64,000 nt of DNA. Source: an uncultured Verrucomicrobiae bacterium. Its GTDB lineage: Bacteria > Verrucomicrobiota > Verrucomicrobiia > Palsa-1439. The DNA is taken from the NCBI GenBank assembly GCA_963812605.1, contig CAWEWF010000006.1:288001-352000 (forward strand), read 5' to 3'. The notes beneath the pieces were generated by a model that worked only from the letters and a program-made list of their open reading frames with translations, did no database searches and was not told the DNA's origin. Below are positions 56,748 to 64,000 of this stretch, in pieces. A program made the position numbers and the translations under genes. The first letter of the stretch is position 1. Each line of letters opens with the position of its first letter.

Positions 56748-56823
56748 TAGAGGGCGTGGCTACTGCCGAGCCGCTGCCGTTCGAGATGCGTCTGCTTCGG
56801 CTCGCCGGGAGGCTCGCCCTCCA
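56748..56823. repeat. REP-like inverted pair
   Basis: AGAGGGCG...CGAGCC / GGCTCG...CGCCCTCCA arms downstream of the methyltransferase. Confidence 0.6.
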
Positions 56824-56899
56824 AAACCAGCAAATCGGATTGCGGTAAGAAACGTCCTTTTGCTATAAAGAATGCCAACTCTAACAGGAGGTCTGCACT

Positions 56900-57527
56900 G
56901 TGAATGATCAGATTCCCCCTTCGCCCACAACACCGCCCAAAACCAGCGGACTGGCCATTACCAGTTTGGTTCTCGGGATTCTTGGCATTACGTGCATTCT
57001 GCCGGTTTTCGGCGCCATCCTCGCGATTATCTTGCGGGGTCATCGCGCTCAGCCAAATCAACAAGTCCGGTGGTCGCGTTACCGGCCAGGGACAGGCCAT
57101 CGCCGGGCTCGTCCTTGGCGGTGTCGGTTTGGTAATGATTCCCATCATGGCCGCCATGATCCTGCCGGCATTAAACGCTGCACGGGAGCATGCGCGGAGG
57201 TCGAGTGCATGAGCAACCTGAAGCAAATCGGCTTGGCGATGCGATGTATGCGAAGAGCATGACGGAAAGATCCCAGAGAAATTCGAGGACCTGCGACCGT
57301 ACACCACGTTGGACAAGATATATATTTGCCCCTCAGCCAGAGATACCACCAGTCCAAGTTATCAAATCCTGCTGGGCGGAAAAAAGTGGAATAGCGCTGA
57401 AATCGACAACAGCATCGTCGTGACTGAGCCACTGGCGAATCATCGTGTCGGCCGCAACACTTTGTATGGAGACGGGCATGCGTGGTTGTCGAAGCTACGG
57501 AACCAATCGATCGAGCTTGGCGGATAG
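56900..57527 (+). CDS. DUF4190 membrane protein with prepilin-associated H-X9-DG domain (frameshifted)
   Basis: KTSGLAITSLVLGI, G.GQAIAGLVLG, CMSNLKQIG, HRVGRNTLYGDGH. Confidence 0.75.
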
Positions 57528-57551
57528 CGCGCGTGAGGTAGTGTATCCGCC

Positions 57552-58787
57552 ATGTTCGTGGACAAGGTCAAAATTCGCGTCAAGGCGGGGGACGGGGGGA
57601 ACGGGTGTGTTTCGTTTCGACGCGAGAAATATGTCGATCGCGGGGGGCCGGATGGGGGGGACGGCGGCAAGGGCGGCGATATTGTGCTGATGGCGGACAA
57701 GAATATGTCCGATCTTTCCGATTTCTATTACCAGCCGCGGGTCGTTGCCAAGCATGGCGTTCACGGACGCGGGAAAAACTGTTTCGGGCGGAGCGCAAAG
57801 GATGTCATTGTGAGAATCCCCATCGGCACGCAGGTGTTTCGGCTGACGGTGCCGGTGAAGAAGCGCGCACCGTCGAATTACCACCCGGCGGCGGCGACGG
57901 AAGAATTTGACCCGGGCGAAACCGTCGGGATGCCGTTCACGCCGGGGCGGGCGAAACAGCTTGCCGAGGCGTTGCAGGCCGCGCCACCGGTGCCCGTCGA
58001 GACCATTGACGTCGATGAGCTTCCGCCTCTGGATACGGGACGGGAATTGATCGTCGACCTCGTGGAGGACGGGCAGCGATTCATCCTGGCGAAGGGCGGA
58101 CGCGGCGGACGCGGCAATGCGGTGTTCAAAAGCTCGACGCACCAGGCGCCGCGCGAGTTCGAGTACGGCGAGCCGGGCGAGCAACTGGGTGTCGAACTGG
58201 AATTGAAGACGCTGGCCGACGTCGGGTTGGTCGGCTTCCCCAACGCGGGCAAATCGACGCTGATCTCGCAAATCACCAACGCGCATCCCAAGGTCGCGCC
58301 ATATCCCTTCACGACGCTGACGCCCAATGTGGGGATTCTCAACTACGATGACTACACGCGCATCCGTATTGCGGACATTCCGGGATTGATCGAGGGCGCG
58401 CATAACGGGCGCGGGCTTGGCCACGATTTTCTGCGGCACATCGAGCGGTGCCAACTGCTGGTGGTGCTGCTGGACATGGCGGGTGTCGATGGCCGCAATC
58501 CGTACGACGACTATCGGCAACTGCTGGCGGAATTGAAAATGTACAATCCCGAGATCCTGAAAAAGAAGCGGTTGATTGTCGCCAACAAGATGGACCTGCC
58601 GGAAGCGAAGAAGAATCTCGCGGCGTTCAAACGCAAGGCGACAACCGCGCCGCGGACCGGCAAATCAAAGTCTGCCGCAAAAACATCGAAAGCAGTGCGT
58701 CCCAGTATCCGGGTGTTGGAGATTTCGGCGCTGGCGGGCGCGGGGTTGGAGAAATTAAAGCTGGAGTTGCACAAGGCGCTCACGTAG
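57552..58787 (+). CDS. obgE: GTPase ObgE/CgtA
   Basis: FVDKV..GDGGNG..FRREK..GGPDGGDGG, GFPNAGKST, YPFTTL, DIPG, NKMD. Confidence 0.96.
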   Translation: MFVDKVKIRVKAGDGGNGCVSFRREKYVDRGGPDGGDGGKGGDIVLMADKNMSDLSDFYYQPRVVAKHGVHGRGKNCFGRSAKDVIVRIPIGTQVFRLTVPVKKRAPSNYHPAAATEEFDPGETVGMPFTPGRAKQLAEALQAAPPVPVETIDVDELPPLDTGRELIVDLVEDGQRFILAKGGRGGRGNAVFKSSTHQAPREFEYGEPGEQLGVELELKTLADVGLVGFPNAGKSTLISQITNAHPKVAPYPFTTLTPNVGILNYDDYTRIRIADIPGLIEGAHNGRGLGHDFLRHIERCQLLVVLLDMAGVDGRNPYDDYRQLLAELKMYNPEILKKKRLIVANKMDLPEAKKNLAAFKRKATTAPRTGKSKSAAKTSKAVRPSIRVLEISALAGAGLEKLKLELHKALT

Positions 58788-58842
58788 CCTCGGTATTCGT
58801 TCGCTGCCAGAAGTTGTCACAGAGTGAGAAGGAGCGAAGCTC

Positions 58843-59319
58843 ATGTTTAAGATTATCGGTGCGGATGGCAAACAGTACGGGCCTGTCAGCGCGGAACAGA
58901 TCCGCCAGTGGTTTGCCGAGGGTCGCGCCAAGCCTGAAACCCTGGTGCAAGCGGAAGGCAGCGCCGAATGGAAACCGCTCGGTCAATTTCCGGAATTAGC
59001 GGCGACGGCCCCGGCCGGAATGGCGCCGCCACCCGTACCGCCGCCAACGGCAGGCGTTCAGCCGCGACCCGATATCCCCAGCTACCTGGCGCCCGCGATT
59101 CTCAGCACGATTTTTTGCTGCATGCCTTTCGGCGTCGTCGCCATCATCTTTGCGGCGCAAGTAAGTTCGAAGCTCAACGCCGGGGATGTACCCGGCGCAC
59201 AGCAAGCCTCGGCCAGGGCGAGGCGTTGGTTTTGGGTGGCTGTTTTGACCGGCTTGATCTTCTCGACTCTCTGGCTGGTGCTCGTCGGCCGTCGCGGCAT
59301 GAGGGCTTATCGATATTGA
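58843..59319 (+). CDS. GYF_2 (DUF4339) plus CD225/dispanin membrane protein
   Basis: QYGPVS...W..EGR...EWKPL; AILSTIFCCMPFGVVAII.AAQV...GD..GA..AS..A. Confidence 0.85.
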   Translation: MFKIIGADGKQYGPVSAEQIRQWFAEGRAKPETLVQAEGSAEWKPLGQFPELAATAPAGMAPPPVPPPTAGVQPRPDIPSYLAPAILSTIFCCMPFGVVAIIFAAQVSSKLNAGDVPGAQQASARARRWFWVAVLTGLIFSTLWLVLVGRRGMRAYRY

Positions 59320-59327
59320 CCTCTCGG

Positions 59328-59690
59328 ATGAAACTTCTTTGCCTTGGCACGCTGTCCGCCATCGCGACCGCGGCGGTGTTTGCCATTGATCCCGAACGCG
59401 CCAGTATTTTCCCGCCCTGCCCGCTCCATCAATACACCGGCTTGTGGTGCCCGGGCTGCGGGACCACGCGCGCCTTGCATCAGTTGCTTCATGGCAACCT
59501 GGTGGCCGCGTTTTGGTTCAATCCCCTGGCAATTTCGCTGCTGCCGGTGGTCGGTTACCTATTCCTGCGAGGCAAGGAAGACGCGCTAAAACCCGTTTGG
59601 ATTTGGACACTGCTGGGCGTGATCGTGGCGTTTGGCGTGTTGCGCAACATTCCCGCCTATCCGTTCACGCTGTTGGCGCCGCATAGCTAG
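59328..59690 (+). CDS. DUF2752 membrane protein
   Basis: CPLHQYTGLWCPGCGTTRA, FNPL, GVLRNIP. Confidence 0.85.
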   Translation: MKLLCLGTLSAIATAAVFAIDPERASIFPPCPLHQYTGLWCPGCGTTRALHQLLHGNLVAAFWFNPLAISLLPVVGYLFLRGKEDALKPVWIWTLLGVIVAFGVLRNIPAYPFTLLAPHS

Positions 59691-59710
59691 CGCAATTCGA
59701 AGGAGAGCAC

Positions 59711-60562
59711 ATGTATAAAATCATCGGAGCGGATGGCCGTGAATACGGCCCGGTCACGGTCGAGCAACTGCATCAGTGGATTCGTGAAGGGCGGGCCAAC
59801 GCGCAGACCCGGGTGCAAGTCGAAGGCAGTACCGAATGGAAAAACCTGGCGGAAATCCCGGAATTCGCCGACACGCTTCGCAGTGTTGGCGCGGGTCCCG
59901 CACCACCGCCGGTCGTGGGCGCGGTCGACGCCGAAGCGCTTGCCGCGGAGATTCTGGCGCGAGACTACAACATCGACATCGGAAGCTGCATCAGTCGTGG
60001 CTGGGAACTTGTGAAGAGCGATTTTTGGCTGTTGGTCGGCGCGTCATTCGTAGGCGGAATCATTGCCAGCGGCTGCTGCATCCCGTATTTGGGAATCCTG
60101 ATCGCCTTGATTGTCGGCGGCCCGATGGCGGGCGGCTTGTACGCGCTTTACCTGAAAAAGATCCGGGGACAGCCGGCGGTTTTTGGTGATGCGTTCGTGG
60201 GATTCAGCACCGCGTTCGTGCCGCTGATGCTCACGAAAATCGTCGTCAGCTTTTTGACGGGCCTGGGGTTCCTGCTTTGTATCCTGCCCGGCATTTACGT
60301 GGCCGTTGCCTGGGTGTTTGCCCTGCCCCTGGTGATTGATAAGAAGATTGATTTCTGGCCGGCGATGGAACTGAGTCGCAAGGTCGTGACCAAACACTGG
60401 TGGCTGATGCTGGGGTTCCTGATTGTCTGCGGCCTGGTGGCAATGCTTGGCGTCATTGCCTGTTGCGTTGGTTTGCTGGTGACCTCAGCCATTGTCCAAG
60501 CCGCGCTGATGTACGCCTACGAGGATATCTTTGGCGACCGACCTTCCGCCGAAAATACGTGA
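59711..60562 (+). CDS. GYF_2 domain multi-pass membrane protein
   Basis: EYGPV...W..EGRA...EWK; several TMs; FWPAMELSRK. Confidence 0.8.
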   Translation: MYKIIGADGREYGPVTVEQLHQWIREGRANAQTRVQVEGSTEWKNLAEIPEFADTLRSVGAGPAPPPVVGAVDAEALAAEILARDYNIDIGSCISRGWELVKSDFWLLVGASFVGGIIASGCCIPYLGILIALIVGGPMAGGLYALYLKKIRGQPAVFGDAFVGFSTAFVPLMLTKIVVSFLTGLGFLLCILPGIYVAVAWVFALPLVIDKKIDFWPAMELSRKVVTKHWWLMLGFLIVCGLVAMLGVIACCVGLLVTSAIVQAALMYAYEDIFGDRPSAENT

Positions 60563-60890
60563 ACAACTCGCCGGTGGCGGACGCGGCCGCCGAGTGGCCT
60601 GGGGATTTGTCTTGAGCAATCTTGTCCTGCCGGGACTGGGCACGTTCGCCGCGCGGCGTCGCTGGGAGGGCGCGCTGCAGTTGGTCGTCTCGCAAAGCGG
60701 CTTTGCGCTGATGCTGGTGTGGACGAATTCGTTTCTGCGCATGTGGAGGCAACAGGGAAACCTTCCGGAAGATTTCGGCCCGCATGCCGGTCTTTGCGCG
60801 CTTGGGTTGGCGCTCTTTTTCCTGGGATGGATCTGGTCGCTGGCGAGTAGTTACGGCATCCTGCAAGATTCCCGCACGAGCGGTTTGTAA
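60531..60890 (+). CDS. Hypothetical membrane protein (start uncertain)
   Basis: NLVLPGLG plus 2-3 TMs. Confidence 0.55.
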   Translation: MATDLPPKIREQLAGGGRGRRVAWGFVLSNLVLPGLGTFAARRRWEGALQLVVSQSGFALMLVWTNSFLRMWRQQGNLPEDFGPHAGLCALGLALFFLGWIWSLASSYGILQDSRTSGL

Positions 60891-60924
60891 TTGCCGCCGT
60901 CCGCGAATAGGATTCACCCTGCAC

Positions 60925-62154
60925 ATGGAAACAACGTCGATTCTCCAGCCCGGCCAGCGCGTCGAACTCGACATCACCACGGTCGCCTTTGGCGGTGACG
61001 GCATCGGGCGCGTCGACAACTTTGTGGTGTTCGTGCCCTTCGTCGTGGAAGGCGAACGGGTCGAAGCGGAAATCGTCGAGGTCAGGCGCCGCTACGCCAC
61101 GGCCGATCTCGTGCGCGTGATCACGCCGTCGCCGCGGCGCGTGGAACCGCGCTGTCCGTATTACATGAAGTGCGCGGGCTGCCAGTACCAGCACGTCGAG
61201 TACGCGGGCCAGTTGGAGTTGAAGCGCAAACAGATTCGTGATGTCTTTGAACGCATCGGGAAGATCCCCAACCCGCCCATCGAAGCGGTCGTCGGTTCGC
61301 CGCGCGACTATCACTATCGCAATAAGATCGTTGTCCACGGCCCCGGCAAGCCGGGTTTCTGGAGCCCGCGTGGCCGATCCATCCTCGCCATTGAAGAATG
61401 TCCCATCGCCCGCGAGGAAGTGAACGTGAAGCTCGCGGAGATCAGCCAGCAATCGCTGGAGAACGTCCACGTCACCATCCGCACGAACTCCGCGCATGAG
61501 GTTTGGACGTATTCGGAAACTCGCCGGGCGCATGCTGATTCGCTGGACGAGGATCCCACCGTCGAACTGCCCATCACGCATAAGACCATCGATGAAACGA
61601 TCCTCGGCAAGACCTTGCAAGTGCCGTTGGGGTCATTCTTCCAGGTCAACCGCGAGATTATTGAGTTGGCGCTGCAACATGCCCGCAATATTTTTGCCGC
61701 CAGCGGCTGCAAGATTTTGGTCGATGCGTACTGCGGGGTGGGCCTCTTTGCCCTGATGCTGGCGGACCGCGCCCAGCATGTTTACGGAATCGAGGAGGAC
61801 CCGAAAGCAATCAAGGCGGCCAACGAGAATGCCAAAAGGCTCGACCTGACGAGTTATGATTTTTATCCGGGCAAGACTGAGCGGCTACTGTTTTACACGC
61901 TGCGCCAATGCAAGCTCGACGAGACGTGTTTGATTCTCGACCCACCGCGTTCCGGTTGCGCGCCGGTGGTGCTCAAGACCCTGCGCGAGCAAAAGCCGCG
62001 CAAAATCATTTACGTTTCATGCGCGCCTGCAATGCTCGCGCGCGACATCAAAGACCTCACCGCTCATGATTACAAACTGGAGCGGGTCACCCCCTTCGAC
62101 ATGTTCCCGCAAACCGCGCACTGCGAGGCCGTGGCGGAACTGACACGCCTTTAA
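60925..62154 (+). CDS. TRAM-domain RNA m5U methyltransferase (RlmD/TrmA family)
   Basis: TRAM domain, C-x5-C-x2-C, SFFQVN, DAYCGVG, LDPPRSG, YVSC, FDMFPQTAHCE. Confidence 0.92.
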   Translation: METTSILQPGQRVELDITTVAFGGDGIGRVDNFVVFVPFVVEGERVEAEIVEVRRRYATADLVRVITPSPRRVEPRCPYYMKCAGCQYQHVEYAGQLELKRKQIRDVFERIGKIPNPPIEAVVGSPRDYHYRNKIVVHGPGKPGFWSPRGRSILAIEECPIAREEVNVKLAEISQQSLENVHVTIRTNSAHEVWTYSETRRAHADSLDEDPTVELPITHKTIDETILGKTLQVPLGSFFQVNREIIELALQHARNIFAASGCKILVDAYCGVGLFALMLADRAQHVYGIEEDPKAIKAANENAKRLDLTSYDFYPGKTERLLFYTLRQCKLDETCLILDPPRSGCAPVVLKTLREQKPRKIIYVSCAPAMLARDIKDLTAHDYKLERVTPFDMFPQTAHCEAVAELTRL

Positions 62155-62163
62155 GAGCAGGGA

Positions 62164-62646
62164 CTAGCTCATACTCTCACAAACTCGCGCATCCAACGTT
62201 TTGCTGAATTGGACAGTCTCGACTTCGCCATAAAAACCTCGGCCCGTCTCTTGGTAGCCGTGCTTGCGATAAAACTCCAGCGTCAATGGGCGTCTTCGGG
62301 CTGTTTCCATGCAGAGCGTGCGAATGCCAGACTGAAACGCTATCCGCTCCAACTCTCGCAGCAATTGTGTGCCGAAGCCTTTGCCTTGAAGTTCACGCTC
62401 AATCCGCATACGCCGCAACTCGGCTGAGGTGTCCGAGAGCCTCTTGAAGCCGCCCATCGCGACAAGCTTCTCGTTGATGAAACCGATCAGAAACTCGCCG
62501 CCAGCGCGGAGATAAACCTGCTCGATTGCCATGAGGTCGGCCTCGTCATCCTGCTGACTCATGCCCAAGGTGAATCCCGCGATGGCGCTGCGATGAAGCG
62601 CGAGCATCGCCTCTCGATGTTCGGGTTGATAACGAATGAGCCGCAT
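62164..62646 (-). CDS. GNAT acetyltransferase (integron cassette)
   Basis: AELRRMRI...QGKGFG...FYRKHGY; starts just after the R' box of attC. Confidence 0.88.
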   Translation of the reverse strand: MRLIRYQPEHREAMLALHRSAIAGFTLGMSQQDDEADLMAIEQVYLRAGGEFLIGFINEKLVAMGGFKRLSDTSAELRRMRIERELQGKGFGTQLLRELERIAFQSGIRTLCMETARRRPLTLEFYRKHGYQETGRGFYGEVETVQFSKTLDARVCESMS

Positions 62647-62663
62647 GGATGCGTTCCGGTGCT

Positions 62664-62720
62664 GCCTAACGACGAGAACTGAAGCAGCCGACCGGCGCTC
62701 GCTCCGGTGACCGGTCAGGC
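62664..62720 (-). mobile_element. Degenerate integron attC site
   Basis: GCCTGAC-cggtc-ACCGGAGC...CTTCAGT-tctcgtc-GTTAGGC, containing the upstream stop codon. Confidence 0.7.
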
Positions 62721-63203
62721 CGCGCCATCACGGCTTTCCTCTAACACAATCGTGCGTGGATAAAAACCAAAATGGCGATAAAACGCGAGCGCCTCATCAT
62801 TCTCACCCATGACAGACACGATCTTCGAGGTCACTTTCATGCTGTCGAGCCACGCTAACGCACGCTGCATAAGCTCAGTGCCCAGGCCCTGACCGCGCAA
62901 ATGCTCTTCGACGAAAATCGAATCTATCTCTCCAACGCCGTCGGCAGAAACAGTGCAAATGCAATAGGCGACACTCGCCCCATCCGAACCGGAGGCGACC
63001 AACACAACCCAAAGCTTCCCGGCGTCGGCCTTCGCCAATAACTTCTGCTTCCTGGCCTCGAACGTCCGGAGTCTCAACTTGCCGCCAAAGCGCGGGGACA
63101 TCCGTGCATGATGAGTGTTGAGCTTCTCCCAAAGCGCTCGAACCGCGTCAAGGCCGTCCGCGCCAACTTCGCGGAAAACAAATGAGGGGGTGGTTTCTGA
63201 CAT
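62715..63203 (-). CDS. GNAT acetyltransferase (integron cassette)
   Basis: EIDSIFV...RGQGLG...N..ALAFYRHFGF. Confidence 0.88.
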   Translation of the reverse strand: MSETTPSFVFREVGADGLDAVRALWEKLNTHHARMSPRFGGKLRLRTFEARKQKLLAKADAGKLWVVLVASGSDGASVAYCICTVSADGVGEIDSIFVEEHLRGQGLGTELMQRALAWLDSMKVTSKIVSVMGENDEALAFYRHFGFYPRTIVLEESRDGAA

Positions 63204-63216
63204 GGTGCTCCATGCT

Positions 63217-63312
63217 ACCTAACGACGAGAACTGAGCCCCGCCGGAACTGCGATGTCAATTGCGAAGCGGAACAAAGGCGCAATCGGCGTTGGCTCCAGT
63301 GACTGGTTAGGA
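63217..63312 (-). mobile_element. Integron attC site
   Basis: R'' TCCTAAC, 5 nt, L'' ACTGGAGC (extra G), central region, L' GCTCAGT, R' GTTAGGT; PhzF stop codon lies inside R''. Confidence 0.88.
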
Positions 63313-64000
63313 GACGATTGGTATCTCAAGCTCACCTCTACAATAGATTACTGCGTGACCACCGATTCCCACACGCTCGCCGAGAAATCGGCAGTAAAGC
63401 TCTCCGCCGCGCCACGAGATTTGCCGTGCGAACAACTCCGTCTTGCCCAGTCGCTCAGCCCAGAACGGAATCAGCGAAGAATGGGCCGAACCGGTCACAG
63501 GGTCTTCCGGTATGCCCGCGCGCGGGGCAAAGAAGCGTGAAACAAAATCCGCATCTTCGCCGCGTGCCGTAACGATGACACCCAAACAGTCCAGCCGCGC
63601 CAGCAAAGCCATATCTGGAGTCAACGCCGCCACTTCTGCCGGTGAATCATAAACTGCCAGAAAATTGCGCGACTTTAGCACCTCCCGTGGCTTATGCCCC
63701 AAGCCCCGCAGCAGCTCCTCCGGCGGGACGCACGACGTGGGCACATGGGACGGAAAATCCAGCTCCATGATATCACCACTCTGTTCCGCCGTCAGCCAAC
63801 CACTCCGGGTGTGAAAACGAATGCGGCGTCCCGGATAGCCCAACTCTGTAAACAGAACAAACGCAGATGCCAGTGTGGCGTGACCGCACAAGTCCACTTC
63901 CAGGATTGGAGTGAACCAACGCAGGTGATAGGAGTCGTTTGCTTGACGGGTGAAGAACGCTGTCTCCGCAAGATTATTTTCTGCGGCAATGTTCTGCAGT
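63307..64000 (-). CDS. PhzF family epimerase (partial, frameshift near 63900; integron cassette)
   Basis: ETAFF...LRWF, DLCGHATLA, SRFFAP..GIPEDPVTGSAH. Confidence 0.9.
   Translation of the reverse strand, partial: LQNIAAENNLAETAFFTRQANDSYHLRWFTPILEVDLCGHATLASAFVLFTELGYPGRRIRFHTRSGWLTAEQSGDIMELDFPSHVPTSCVPPEELLRGLGHKPREVLKSRNFLAVYDSPAEVAALTPDMALLARLDCLGVIVTARGEDADFVSRFFAPRAGIPEDPVTGSAHSSLIPFWAERLGKTELFARQISWRGGELYCRFLGERVGIGGHAVIYCRGELEIPIVS

Noticed and set aside
62664-63235. Similarity of the attC end TCTCGTCGTT to the TGTCA-repeat tail TCTCTGTCGTT, suggesting a shared recombinase
   Set aside because: Only about 10 bp with a gap, and the TGTCA repeats lack R''/L box structure. It may be coincidence.

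Overview
GC-rich bacterial chromosome segment, most likely Verrucomicrobiota: it has a Gloeo/Verruco repeat protein, prepilin H-X9-DG proteins, a PEP-CTERM protein and an Obg with a large insertion. Many conserved genes are broken by single-base indels, which points to an unpolished long-read assembly, so I joined the frames by eye. The backbone comprises a complete nuoA-N complex I operon (with fused nuoEF), fumC, thyA-folA, argA, glpD-glpQ, def, iscA, obgE and an RNA methyltransferase. Main observations: (1) a probable single ~2500-aa polypeptide fusing FixC/ETF-QO, a membrane segment, a FixX ferredoxin, two acyl-CoA dehydrogenase modules, ETF-beta and ETF-alpha; (2) a TGTCA-tagged palindromic repeat family that brackets foreign genes, including two GIY-YIG nucleases, inserted in the nuo operon, with mini-ORFs bridging the interrupted junctions; (3) REP-type palindromes inserted in frame inside conserved proteins; (4) 17-19-bp micro-palindromes nested inside other repeats; (5) two small insertions flanked by duplicated gene 3' ends; (6) integron attC cassettes at the right edge; (7) a Septu-like PtuAB defence pair. 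I saw no tRNA, rRNA, CRISPR array, integrase or transposase. All family assignments come from motif recognition, not database searches.
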